From Candidatus Obscuribacteraceae bacterium (GTDB lineage Bacteria > Cyanobacteriota > Vampirovibrionia > Obscuribacterales > Obscuribacteraceae), in assembly GCA_044229845.1 (NCBI GenBank), contig JBGASG010000006.1:1-64000 (forward strand): 64,000 bases of DNA. The letters run 5' to 3'. A program made the position numbers and the translations under genes. Each line of letters opens with the position of its first letter. Positions within the stretch are counted from its first letter, which is position 1. Under the pieces are notes generated by a model that saw only the letters and a list, made by a program, of their open reading frames with translations, did not search any database and was not told the DNA's origin. Shown one piece after another: positions 28,192-37,644 of the stretch.

Positions 28192-28539
28192 GTGTCTCCA
28201 CGTGCATTGAAACACTCAAGTAGAACACTTATTTCCTGGATCATTGGGCTCTTCATCTGTGCCCAGGTATTCTCGCTTGCCGGCGCCATGGACTCTTTCG
28301 CGCGGGTCTGTGTCGATGATACCGATCCAGAAGAGATCGTCACGGTCGACCCGTTTGTCACTTCGAATCTCAAGACCGTAGAAGTCACGCCGATACTGCA
28401 ATTTGTCGCAGTACTCGCCAATGCGCTCTGGCAGCTGCACAATGAGACACAGCAAAAGTGTCTGGTCGCGGTGACATGCGACACTTATCCAGCGGTGCAA
28501 TGTCACTTGTGGCTGATGCACCGCAGTCTGTTGCTCTGA
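28192..28539 (+). CDS. Small hypothetical membrane/exported protein; candidate regulatory leader ORF of the RND pump
   Basis: N-terminal hydrophobic helix; Cys/His-rich C-terminus CHLWLMHRSLLL; ends 45 nt before the CusA-like gene. Confidence 0.6.
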   Translation: MSPRALKHSSRTLISWIIGLFICAQVFSLAGAMDSFARVCVDDTDPEEIVTVDPFVTSNLKTVEVTPILQFVAVLANALWQLHNETQQKCLVAVTCDTYPAVQCHLWLMHRSLLL

Positions 28540-28545
28540 CATCTC

Positions 28546-28579
28546 ACTCCGGAAGTGGAATCAGACTTCGTTTCGGAGT
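28546..28579 (+). promoter_or_regulatory. Hairpin occluding the Shine-Dalgarno of the CusA/CzcA gene
   Basis: ACTCCGGAA (28546-28554) pairs with TTTCGGAGT (28571-28579), which contains the GGAG 6 nt before ATG 28585. Confidence 0.6.
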
Positions 28580-28584
28580 AATCG

Positions 28585-31500
28585 ATGGTAGACAAATTAA
28601 TCGCGTTCGCCTTAGGGCAGCGCGTGATCACGCTCATGCTGATGGCAGCCGTGATAGCGCTCGGTGCCTATTCAATATTTACGTTGCCGACTGACTCGTT
28701 TCCCGACGTCAGCAATGTTCAGGTTCAGATTCTCACGGAACCTGAGAGCATGGCCACAGAGGAAGTCGAGTCACTGGTGACGGTGCCGATCGAGTATGCA
28801 TTGAACGGGTTGCCGTTCATTCAGAAGGTGCGGTCGAGTTCCGAGTTTGGTCTGTCGCTGGTGACAGCCATCTTCGAAGACAATTGCGACGTATATCTGG
28901 CCCGACAACTGGTTCAGCAACGCTTGTCGACACTGCACTTGCCAGAGGGAGTGCCGCGGCCGCAGCTGACGCCGATTGTTTCTACTTTCAGTCAAATCTA
29001 CATGTATCACGTGACCAGCGAGCGGGGCGATCAATTGGATTTGATCGATTTGCGTACGCTGCAAGACTGGACGATCGCCAAGCGCATTCTGTCAGTGCCG
29101 GGAGTCGGCAACGTCGTCACTTACGGCGGCTGGATCAAACAATACAAAGTGCTGGTCGAGCCGACATCGCTGAAAAAATACTCAGTCAGCTTGAAGGACG
29201 TCGCAACCGCTCTGGCGGAAGGCAATCAAAACATCGGTGCCAATTTCATCGAGCAGGCGGAAGAGGAGGTAGTGATTCGCGGTATCGGCCGTGTGGAATC
29301 AGTCGCGGACATCGAAAACATCGTCGTCAAAGAAGTCTCCGGCACTCCGATCAAGATCGAGAACTTAGCGCGCGTGGAGATTGGCCCGGCATTCCGGCGC
29401 GGCTCCGCATCGATGAACGGCAAAGGCGAGTCGATATTGGGCATAGTCTATTCCCGCAAAGGCGCCAACACTAAAGAGGTAGTTGAGCGGGTCAAGACGA
29501 AGATCGAGCAAATCCAGAAGACACTGCCACCAGGGGTGAAGATTCGCCCTTTCTACAATCAAGAAGAACTGGTCGACAAAACCACCGAGACGGTGCGCGA
29601 GATTCTCTTCTTCAGTGGCGCGCTGGTGATTATCGTACTGGTGGCGGTGTTGATGGACATACCGGCCGCTCTGATTGTTTCGTTGATCATTCCACTGTCT
29701 CTGGTATTCAGCTTTGTGCTGATGCGATTTACCGGATTATCGCTGAACCTGATGACGCTGGGCGCCGTAGACTTCGGAGTGGTGGTCGACGCCGGTGTGG
29801 TGATGGTCGAAAATGTCTATCGCAAACTTGCCGAGTCGAAGTTTACTCCGTCGCAGCGACTGCCGCTGATCATCTCCGCTGCCCAAGAGGTCGGGCGTCC
29901 GATCTGCTTCGCCATCTTGATCATCATCGCCGTTTATGTGCCGCTCTTCACCCTGGAAGGTATCGAAGGCAAGATGTTTCATCCGCTGGCGCTGACCTTT
30001 ATCTACGCATTGCTCGGAGCTTTCGTTGTTTCTCTTACGGTGCTGCCGGTGGTTTGTTTCTTCACCTTCCGCAAGCCTCTTGTCGAACGGCACAATCCGG
30101 TGATCGAACCGATCAAAGTCTGGTATCGCAAGGCGCTCACATCATGCCTGCGCTATCCGAAAATACAAGCCTTGATGGCGGTGGCGGCTCTATGTGGATC
30201 ATTGTGTCTGGTGCCTTTCCTGGGTTCGGAGTTTATTCCCAGCTTAGATGAAGGTTCGCTCTGGTTGCGCCTGCGCATGCCGGCCAGCATAGCGCACCGC
30301 AAGACAGATGAGGTGGTCAGCGCCATCGAGCGATTGATGATTGAGTTTCCGGAAGTGACCATTGCGGCCACGCGGGTTGGAAGATCGGGGATGGGGTCGG
30401 ACGTGGAAGGTGTCGATGCCGCAGACATGTTCATCGGATTGAAACCACGCAACACCTGGCAAAATCACAGCAAAGAACATCTGGTCGACCGCATGGCGGC
30501 TGAGATCGGCAAGGTGCCAGGATTGATGTACAGCTTCTCCCAGCCGATTGCGGACGTGGTAGACGATTTGATCACTGGTATCAAGGCTGACGTCGGAATC
30601 AAAATATTCGGCGATGATCTAGATGAGATCGAGCAGCTTGCCAACGATGTGCGCCGAACGGTCGGCACCGTGCGCGGTGCCGGCGATGTCAGCCGCGAAC
30701 CGATATTGGGGCTGCCGCAGTTGAAGATCAAACTAAACCGGGACAGTCTGGCGCGTTACGGTTTGCGCTCGTCCGAGGTCTTCGATCATGTGCAGACGGC
30801 GATGGCCGGCAAAATCGTCAGCGAGGTCGTAGAAGGAAACAAGCGTTTCGGCATACTGCTGCAGTTTCCTCACGAAAGCCGGCAGACGGCTGAGCAGATC
30901 AAGCAGATGCGCATCGATACCGGAGATGGTGCGCATGTTCCGCTCAAAGCACTGGCGGACGTAACGGTCGAACGTGGAGCGGTGCTCATCAACCGAGAAG
31001 ACGGACAGCGCCGTGCCGCTGTCATGGTCAATGTGCGCGGGCGGGATCTCGGTGGTTGGGTGCAGGAAGCTCAAGCCGCGGTGGCGCAAAAGGTCAAGGT
31101 CCCAAAAGGTTGCTGGATTGTCTGGGGCGGACAGTTTGAGAACCAACAGCGCGCCATGACCAGACTGGCAATTGTGGTACCAATTGTTCTCTTCCTGATT
31201 TTCGTGCTTCTGTTTTTCACATTCAACAGCGTCAAAAATGCTGCGCTGATCATGCTGAACGTGCCTTTCGCCGCCATCGGAGGAATTACAGCGCTCTGGC
31301 TTACGCATCAACCGTTGTCTGTGCCGGCAATTATTGGATTTATTGCGCTCTTCGGTGTGGCGGTACAAAATGGTGTCATCCTGGTGAGTTACATCATGCA
31401 ATTGCAGCGGGCCGGAACGCCGCTGGATCAATCGATTCTGCAGGGCGCCGTAATTCGTTTGCGTCCTGTGTTGATGACTGCGTTGGTGGCGATGATGGGA

Positions 31501-31749
31501 CTGATTCCGAAGTTATTTTCGGACGGCACGGGCGCCGAAATTCAGCGTCCCCTGGCGACCGTGGTATTCGGCGGTTTGATTTCGGCAACGCTTTTGACGC
31601 TGTTCGTGATACCAAGCATGTATCGCGTCATCAACAGAAACCTGGTCAAGCGTCCGGCTCCGGAGGACCTCGGCGATGGTCATGCATCCGAGGCTGGATC
31701 TTCCGATTCACCGCCCGGCGGGGATGCGCCAATTTCCTGCTCCAGATAA
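28585..31749 (+). CDS. CusA/CzcA family heavy-metal efflux RND transporter
   Basis: 1054 aa; D.FPD.S.VQVQI, DLRTLQDW, NLMTLGAVDFGVVVDAGVVMVEN, EGKMFHPLA, RLRPVLMTA, GAEIQRPLA. Confidence 0.95.
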   Translation: MVDKLIAFALGQRVITLMLMAAVIALGAYSIFTLPTDSFPDVSNVQVQILTEPESMATEEVESLVTVPIEYALNGLPFIQKVRSSSEFGLSLVTAIFEDNCDVYLARQLVQQRLSTLHLPEGVPRPQLTPIVSTFSQIYMYHVTSERGDQLDLIDLRTLQDWTIAKRILSVPGVGNVVTYGGWIKQYKVLVEPTSLKKYSVSLKDVATALAEGNQNIGANFIEQAEEEVVIRGIGRVESVADIENIVVKEVSGTPIKIENLARVEIGPAFRRGSASMNGKGESILGIVYSRKGANTKEVVERVKTKIEQIQKTLPPGVKIRPFYNQEELVDKTTETVREILFFSGALVIIVLVAVLMDIPAALIVSLIIPLSLVFSFVLMRFTGLSLNLMTLGAVDFGVVVDAGVVMVENVYRKLAESKFTPSQRLPLIISAAQEVGRPICFAILIIIAVYVPLFTLEGIEGKMFHPLALTFIYALLGAFVVSLTVLPVVCFFTFRKPLVERHNPVIEPIKVWYRKALTSCLRYPKIQALMAVAALCGSLCLVPFLGSEFIPSLDEGSLWLRLRMPASIAHRKTDEVVSAIERLMIEFPEVTIAATRVGRSGMGSDVEGVDAADMFIGLKPRNTWQNHSKEHLVDRMAAEIGKVPGLMYSFSQPIADVVDDLITGIKADVGIKIFGDDLDEIEQLANDVRRTVGTVRGAGDVSREPILGLPQLKIKLNRDSLARYGLRSSEVFDHVQTAMAGKIVSEVVEGNKRFGILLQFPHESRQTAEQIKQMRIDTGDGAHVPLKALADVTVERGAVLINREDGQRRAAVMVNVRGRDLGGWVQEAQAAVAQKVKVPKGCWIVWGGQFENQQRAMTRLAIVVPIVLFLIFVLLFFTFNSVKNAALIMLNVPFAAIGGITALWLTHQPLSVPAIIGFIALFGVAVQNGVILVSYIMQLQRAGTPLDQSILQGAVIRLRPVLMTALVAMMGLIPKLFSDGTGAEIQRPLATVVFGGLISATLLTLFVIPSMYRVINRNLVKRPAPEDLGDGHASEAGSSDSPPGGDAPISCSR

Positions 31750-34529
31750 CGTTGCACTTCCGAAAACTCGACGCCCAATTGCGCGGCCAGGTCGCTCGCT
31801 AGCTGCACATCTCCATTGTGCAAGGCCAGCTCAATTTCCAGGCAGGTGAGGCGCATCGGTTGTGCAGAGATGGTGCTACAGACACCTTTCAATCCATGCA
31901 CCACGTTAAGGGCATCACGTGTGTGTCCGTGCTCTAGATGTTTGATTAATTGAACCAATTCAAGTTCTGACTTGCTGACAAACATCCGACACAATTCGTC
32001 TGCTCGTTGACCATATTTAGCCCTCGCTATCTGCAGATCGATAGGAAGCAGCCGATGAGCGCTTGCATCTGTGGCGCTCATATCTGGAAGCCATTTGTCG
32101 AGCATTACTCTCAGCGCCTCGGGTTCGACCGGCTTACTGATGTATTCGTCCATGCCGGCTTCCAGACAGCGTTCACGATCACCGCCCATGGCGTGAGCAG
32201 TCATCGCGATAATCGGAACGTGTTTGCCGGTTGCCTTCTCCATCTCCCTGATCTTTTGTGTTGCGGTGTATCCATCCATTTCGGGCATCTGGCAATCCAT
32301 TAAGATCAGCGCATAATCATGGCGGGAGGCCGCCTCAACCGCTTCAGCTCCGTTGCTTACAATATGGGACGCGAAGCCCATTTCATCCAGATAGAGTTGC
32401 GCCACTTGCTGGTTTATGGCGTAGTCTTCAGCAATTAAAATCACTTCTTTGCGTGCGGCACCGGACCCACGTGTCGAAAGGCGCGCGTCAGCAGAGGAGC
32501 GTCCCATTGAGGGCGAATCGCTGAGGACGCTGACTATGCAATCATACATCTGGGACTGTCGAACAGGCTTGGTCAAATAGGCCTTGAAGCCCAAATGCAT
32601 CGCTTGTACGCCAAGCCCTGGCGCATCCCATCCTGTCAGCAGAATCAAGCGGCAATCTTTTATGGCCGGATCTTTGGCGATCTGTTCAGCCAGATCCATA
32701 CCATTCATTTCCGGCATCACGAGATCGACAATGGCAATCTTATATGGATCGCCATCTACATATCCTTGTCTGAGCATCCGCAAGGCATCTTTCCCGGAGC
32801 CGGCAATTCCGTTTCTCATACCCCACGAGACAATGTATTCGTGCAGTATATTACGGGCGTTCGGCTCGTCATCGACGATCAAAATGCGGATGTCCTTCAA
32901 CTCGGTTTGAACCCGCTGCGCCGACTCGGAAGGCGTAAACGTAAATGGAATCGAAAACCAGAAAGTTGAGCCCTCGCCCTGAATGCTGTCGACGCTGATT
33001 TCGCCACCCATCAATTCGACAAGTCGTTTGGAGATACTCAGACCCAATCCTGTGCCGCCGAACCGGCGGCTAATCGAACCGTCGGCTTGTACAAACGGCT
33101 GAAACAGTTTGCTTCTCTCCGAGCCGGTCATTCCGATCCCTTGGTCGATCACGGAGAATTTGACAATCACAGTGCCTGCCGAATGGTCAATAGAGTCTAG
33201 ATCAGCTCGGACTACTATTTCTCCATCGTCGGAAAACTTGACTGCATTGGAAGTCAAATTGAGGAGGATTTGACGCAGCCGTTCCGGATCGCCATGCAAT
33301 TTAGTGGGCAGATTGGTATCGACGTAAGCCATCAAAGAAACTTGTTTGCTGCGCGCGGTCATGGCCAGCAATTCACAAGTGCCTTCAACGACCTTCACCA
33401 GATTGAAGTCGACCGGTTCGAGTTCGAGCTTGCCGGCCTCAATCTTGCTGAAGTCGAGAATGTCGTTAATAACCACCAGCAGTGCGTTGGCACCCTCTTT
33501 GATGTGGGTGGCATATTCGTGCTGGCGCGGCTGCAATTGGGTGCGCAACAACACATTGCACATGCCGATGATTGCATTCATGGGCGTACGAATTTCGTGA
33601 CTCATGTTGGCAAGAAACTGGGACTTAAGGCGCGACGATTCCAATGCGCGCTCGCTGGCATGGGCCAGCTGATCGTTCAGTTCCACGAGATCAGTGGTTC
33701 TGGATTGCAGCTCTTTCGTGCGCTCTATGACTCGCTTCTCCAGGTCATCCTTGGCCTGCAGCAGTTCCTGCTCGGTGCGACGGCGGGCCGTGATATCCAC
33801 CACCGATGCCAGTACGAAACGACCTTCATCGGTGTCAATTGGATTCAGTCCAATTTCAACTGGTAGTTCCGTGCCATCCGAGCGGACACCATACAGATCT
33901 CGGACAGCGCCCATCGCCCGCACTTGCGGATGCTCAAAAAACTCCTCCCGCAGCCGCGGATGATCGAGCCGGAAGCGGACCGGAACCAGATCCTCGATCT
34001 TGCGGCCTATTAGCTCCTGGCGCGCGTAGCCGAACAGCCTCTCAATCTGAGCATTGACCAGAACAATGGTGCCCTGGCTGTCCACCATGAGCATGCCGCT
34101 AGGCGAAGCCTCGATCAGAAGGCGTAGATGCTGTTCTGCCCGTTTGCGCTCCGTGATGTCGACGACCGATGCAAGTACCATTTCACCGGCATCGGAGCTA
34201 AAAGGATTCAATCCGATCTCAACTGAGATCTCGGTACCATCCTTGCGCACCCCGAACAGATCACGTCCTGCACCCATCGGGCGTGCCGATGCATCGAGGA
34301 AAAAACTATTGCGAAATTGCGGGTGTTCTCGACGAAATCTGGTCGGAACGAGCTTTTCGATCTGGCTGCCGACCAGTTCACCTTTATCATAGCCGAACAG
34401 CTTTTCGGCCTGTGCGTTGACGCGCACAATGGAGCCGTCGCGATCTACAATGATCATGCCACTGGGGGATGCTTCGAAGACTATGCGAAAGTCATCCCGT
34501 CCCTCAGGACTAGAACTATTCACTGCCAC
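31680..34529 (-). CDS. Hybrid sensor histidine kinase: PAS-PAS-HisKA-HATPase-REC-REC-HPt
   Basis: Two PAS repeats (...RPMGAGRDL / RAMGAVRDL), FLANMSHEIRTPMN, NAVKF, DQGIG, GGTGLGL, two REC domains, HGLKG. Confidence 0.95.
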   Translation of the reverse strand: MAVNSSSPEGRDDFRIVFEASPSGMIIVDRDGSIVRVNAQAEKLFGYDKGELVGSQIEKLVPTRFRREHPQFRNSFFLDASARPMGAGRDLFGVRKDGTEISVEIGLNPFSSDAGEMVLASVVDITERKRAEQHLRLLIEASPSGMLMVDSQGTIVLVNAQIERLFGYARQELIGRKIEDLVPVRFRLDHPRLREEFFEHPQVRAMGAVRDLYGVRSDGTELPVEIGLNPIDTDEGRFVLASVVDITARRRTEQELLQAKDDLEKRVIERTKELQSRTTDLVELNDQLAHASERALESSRLKSQFLANMSHEIRTPMNAIIGMCNVLLRTQLQPRQHEYATHIKEGANALLVVINDILDFSKIEAGKLELEPVDFNLVKVVEGTCELLAMTARSKQVSLMAYVDTNLPTKLHGDPERLRQILLNLTSNAVKFSDDGEIVVRADLDSIDHSAGTVIVKFSVIDQGIGMTGSERSKLFQPFVQADGSISRRFGGTGLGLSISKRLVELMGGEISVDSIQGEGSTFWFSIPFTFTPSESAQRVQTELKDIRILIVDDEPNARNILHEYIVSWGMRNGIAGSGKDALRMLRQGYVDGDPYKIAIVDLVMPEMNGMDLAEQIAKDPAIKDCRLILLTGWDAPGLGVQAMHLGFKAYLTKPVRQSQMYDCIVSVLSDSPSMGRSSADARLSTRGSGAARKEVILIAEDYAINQQVAQLYLDEMGFASHIVSNGAEAVEAASRHDYALILMDCQMPEMDGYTATQKIREMEKATGKHVPIIAMTAHAMGGDRERCLEAGMDEYISKPVEPEALRVMLDKWLPDMSATDASAHRLLPIDLQIARAKYGQRADELCRMFVSKSELELVQLIKHLEHGHTRDALNVVHGLKGVCSTISAQPMRLTCLEIELALHNGDVQLASDLAAQLGVEFSEVQRYLEQEIGASPPGGESEDPASDA

Positions 34530-34762
34530 GATATGAACAACCGGATGGTCGAGTTAGGTCGGGATACCGGGTCGCCTGTCACTTCGATCCTAATAAGACA
34601 AGATTTTTCTGTCCACATATGATCGCCGAACGAGATCAAAATTTAAGGCTTTTTCTTGAATGAGGCTATAGAAATTTTGCTGTCCCGAAAATGTAAAGGG
34701 CCGCAGCTCGTCGCGCAAAAGCGGCATCTGCACGGGCTCTACGGACCTTTGGATCAGGCTCT

Positions 34763-34796
34763 CGCACTCAAATTTGTACGCACTCAAGTTTGTACG
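34763..34796. repeat. 16-bp tandem repeat upstream of the hybrid kinase
   Basis: CGCACTCAAATTTGTA / CGCACTCAAGTTTGTA, adjacent. Confidence 0.6.
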
Positions 34797-34896
34797 TACC
34801 TAACATCTACTTGTTGGTTCGACCGGTTGCATGCGCACCACAGGCGGTGCAATCGAAAACGCGCGATGAAATTCTGTAGCGCAATCAAGAGGTGTT

Positions 34897-35610
34897 TCAG
34901 TTAGTTTGGACAGCCAGGAGCACGTATTTCTTATCCTTGACCAGTTTGTTCTGGATGGTCAGCGAGCAGCGGCTCATCTTCTGACTGAAGGATTCTTGCT
35001 TACCCAAAAACGTTTTGTAACCCGCGCTGGGCACGGCCGGCAGTTTAGGCGCGGCGTCTTCACCCATAATCAATACTTGCCCCTTCTCGATCTTTTTGTC
35101 GCCGCCGGGAAGCAAGAAGTTGACGTCCTTTTTCACCTCGCCGCCGTTGTACGAAGCATCTAATTTCTTGGGCGTCCAGGACTGGCTGCTTCCAAATTCA
35201 ATCTCCTTTGCCAGGGTATCGACCGCCGGGATATCCTGTTCATAAACTGCTGCGCGCAGGAAACTCTTACCCATGTCCCGGGCGAACAGTCCCCACTTCG
35301 GGTCATCGACGAAGTCGCGAGGCAAAGCGAGTCGCATGTTTTTGACCTTGTTGCCGGCGGAAGTCTCGACGAAAAGCAACACGGTGAAGCCTTGCATACC
35401 GGTGGCAAAAGAGATGACGTTGCCGTCGGGATGTTTTTCGGTGTCGCCTTCCTTAAAATGGAAGAAAGTGAAGAAGTCTTCCTTCTCGGCGTCCGGCAAT
35501 TGCAGCCCGGCGCAACTGCGCGCCTGCACCACCGACCAGATTGCGGATGCCGCCGCCAAACTCACCAACAGAGACGCCGCAACGAGAATGCGCACTACCG
35601 ATTTTGTCAT
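34897..35610 (-). CDS. Hypothetical exported protein
   Basis: Start reassigned to MTKSVVR (ATG 35610); signal-peptide-like N-terminus; no family recognised. Confidence 0.65.
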   Translation of the reverse strand: MTKSVVRILVAASLLVSLAAASAIWSVVQARSCAGLQLPDAEKEDFFTFFHFKEGDTEKHPDGNVISFATGMQGFTVLLFVETSAGNKVKNMRLALPRDFVDDPKWGLFARDMGKSFLRAAVYEQDIPAVDTLAKEIEFGSSQSWTPKKLDASYNGGEVKKDVNFLLPGGDKKIEKGQVLIMGEDAAPKLPAVPSAGYKTFLGKQESFSQKMSRCSLTIQNKLVKDKKYVLLAVQTN

Positions 35611-35652
35611 CACAGATATTCCGAGAGGGGAACGCGTGTTATAGGTGCCCGA

Positions 35653-35698
35653 CTGCCGCAACTTATTTGGCTGCCGCAACTTACTTGGCTGTCGCGAA
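35653..35698. repeat. 18-bp tandem duplication spanning the permease stop codon
   Basis: CTGCCGCAACTTATTTGG / CTGCCGCAACTTACTTGG / partial CTGTCGCGAA. Confidence 0.65.
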
Positions 35699-36472
35699 TT
35701 TCCACCGCATCAACCGTCTCTCCAGCAAAGTGACCGTTCCCGTAAGAAGAAGCGAGATCACAATCAAACTGGCTACTCCGACAAACACCGTGGACATGTC
35801 GTAAAGCCCGGAAGCCTTGACGATCATATAGCCAAGGCCTTCTTCAGAAGATATAAATTCACCAATGAAGGCGCCGAGCAGCGAGAGTCCGATGTTCAGT
35901 TTCATCGCGTTGAGCACCCAGATCAGGGCGGACGGCACCACCACCAGTCGGAAGGTTTGCCACCGGGATGCGCCCATCACTTGCATCAATCGCGTGAATC
36001 TCTCTTCAACGGACATAGCACCTTGATACGACTGCACTATGGCCAACACGACGGTTGAGAGAAACGCGATCACAATCTTCGAGGTGATGCCGATTCCGAA
36101 CCAGACAATAATCACTGGCGCCAGAGCAAAGATAGGAACGGAGGCTAATGCCGTCAAGTAAGGCTGTGCTACTTTCGCAGCGGTACGCGAATACCATAGC
36201 GAAAGCCCGATAGCCGCACCGCAGGCGGTACCAGTCAAGAAACCGACAACCGCCTCGAACAAAGTGATACCCGCATGACGAAACAATTCCCCAGAGCTGG
36301 TCAAGCGGGCGAGCGATTGGCAGACCTGTTCCGGACTGGCAAAGACGAACTGGTGACTTGGCTGACCGGCTGTGTAAACCTGCCACACGAGCAGCCCTGC
36401 CAACATGGGCAGCAGATAGAGAATCCACGGCACTTTCACACTGTTGCGCTCATTCATTGCCGCTACCCACAC
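35681..36472 (-). CDS. ABC transporter permease (NitT/TauT, SsuC-like)
   Basis: P.FALAP.I.VWFG.G..SKI, MGASRWQTF...V.P, GEF.SS..GLGY. Confidence 0.9.
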   Translation of the reverse strand: MWVAAMNERNSVKVPWILYLLPMLAGLLVWQVYTAGQPSHQFVFASPEQVCQSLARLTSSGELFRHAGITLFEAVVGFLTGTACGAAIGLSLWYSRTAAKVAQPYLTALASVPIFALAPVIIVWFGIGITSKIVIAFLSTVVLAIVQSYQGAMSVEERFTRLMQVMGASRWQTFRLVVVPSALIWVLNAMKLNIGLSLLGAFIGEFISSEEGLGYMIVKASGLYDMSTVFVGVASLIVISLLLTGTVTLLERRLMRWKFATAK

Positions 36473-37242
36473 TCACCTTCACGGTCTCCGATGACCATCT
36501 TCAGATCGTTCCAGATGCGGGCGTGATACTCGGCAAACTCCGGCAATCCCCGAGCAGTCTCCGGCGACTCCGCCGGATCCAGAAGAATTTGATACTCCCG
36601 AATAATCATTCCGCAAATACCCATGATCAGAACGCGATCACCCATGGCAATTGCTTCCTCAATATCGTGGGTGACAAGAATCGCCGCTTTGTTTTCCGCC
36701 TTCACTGTTTGCTGGAACTCGCTTTCCAAGCGCAGTTTCGTGTAATAGTCCAAAGATGAAAACGGTTCATCGAGCAGCAAGAGTTCCGGATCAAGCAGCA
36801 ACGCTTGAATCAAGGCCACCCGCTGCCGCATGCCACCAGACAATTGTCCCGGATAATAATCGAGATGTTCGGCGGAGAGACGAAACACTTCTAAGTAGTT
36901 CAGAACGCGAGCTTCAACTTCCTTCTTGGGGCGACGCGTCATTTCGGCGACCAGAAGCAGATTGTCTCTGACGGTGCGCCACGGCAAGAGCGCGTCCTGC
37001 TGGAACAAATAGCCTACGCGCGACTGCCTGCGCATCATGATCCCACTGCTGGGGATGAGTCCGGAAATCGCGTTGAGAAGGCTCGTCTTGCCGCAACCGC
37101 TCGGTCCCAAAATGCAAACCAGCTCGCCCGCTTGAAGCGTCAAAGAAACGTCGTTCACCACCGCCCGCTCTGTGCCGTCGGGCGCCGAATATGCCACACG
37201 CAACTTCGATACCTCCAACACCGGGCCGGTGCTTGGTTGCAT
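36463..37242 (-). CDS. ABC transporter ATP-binding protein (NitT/TauT, SsuB-like)
   Basis: GPSGCGKT, FQ.DALLPW, LSGGMRQR, LLLDEPF, VTHD; start probably ATG 37242 rather than 37374. Confidence 0.92.
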   Translation of the reverse strand: MQPSTGPVLEVSKLRVAYSAPDGTERAVVNDVSLTLQAGELVCILGPSGCGKTSLLNAISGLIPSSGIMMRRQSRVGYLFQQDALLPWRTVRDNLLLVAEMTRRPKKEVEARVLNYLEVFRLSAEHLDYYPGQLSGGMRQRVALIQALLLDPELLLLDEPFSSLDYYTKLRLESEFQQTVKAENKAAILVTHDIEEAIAMGDRVLIMGICGMIIREYQILLDPAESPETARGLPEFAEYHARIWNDLKMVIGDREGECG

Positions 37243-37405
37243 CGCATTGACTTCGGATTGGCTGCTGAGACGATTCACGATCTGCTTGAATGCGCAGGTT
37301 CCGCAACCTGCTTCTCCAGTTTCTTGACCCCGAACGAATGTCTGAATTCTAGTGACAACCAACCATCCGGTCACTGGGGATAGTACGAACCAGCCCTCGA
37401 CCCAC

Positions 37406-37598
37406 TTTTATCCGGGTAAAACTAATCCGAGAAACCCAGGCCGGCGCCCAAAAGCTCAAGCGATATCGGTTGAGGAAACCCAGGCCGGCGCCCAAAAGCC
37501 CAAGCGATATCGGTTGAGGTCTGCTTCCAGAGGGAGGGTGACGGTACTTTTACCCGGGTAGAATCCGGCAATACGCCAAGTTTTACCCGGGTAAAACT
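37406..37598. repeat. Intergenic cluster of palindromes plus a 44-bp tandem duplication (REP/BIME-like)
   Basis: TTTTA(T/C)CCGGGTA(A/G)AA at 37406, 37548 and 37581 (perfect 20-mer 37579-37598); 44-bp units at 37431-37474 and 37475-37518, 43/44 identical. Confidence 0.8.
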
Positions 37599-37644
37599 GT
37601 GCTGCCACGACCAAGCTTCGCGCTGGAGCTGAGGAATCGGATGC

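Noticed and set aside
34530..34896. Riboswitch (e.g. c-di-GMP) upstream of the hybrid kinase
   Set aside because: No recognisable aptamer consensus by eye; only a 16-bp tandem repeat. An Rfam scan would be needed to exclude it
35653..35698. 18-bp repeat as an att site or target-site duplication
   Set aside because: The copies are adjacent, which fits local slippage around a stop codon; no mobile element nearby
37431..37518. 44-bp direct repeats as a CRISPR array
   Set aside because: Only two copies, directly adjacent with no spacer, and no cas genes in the window
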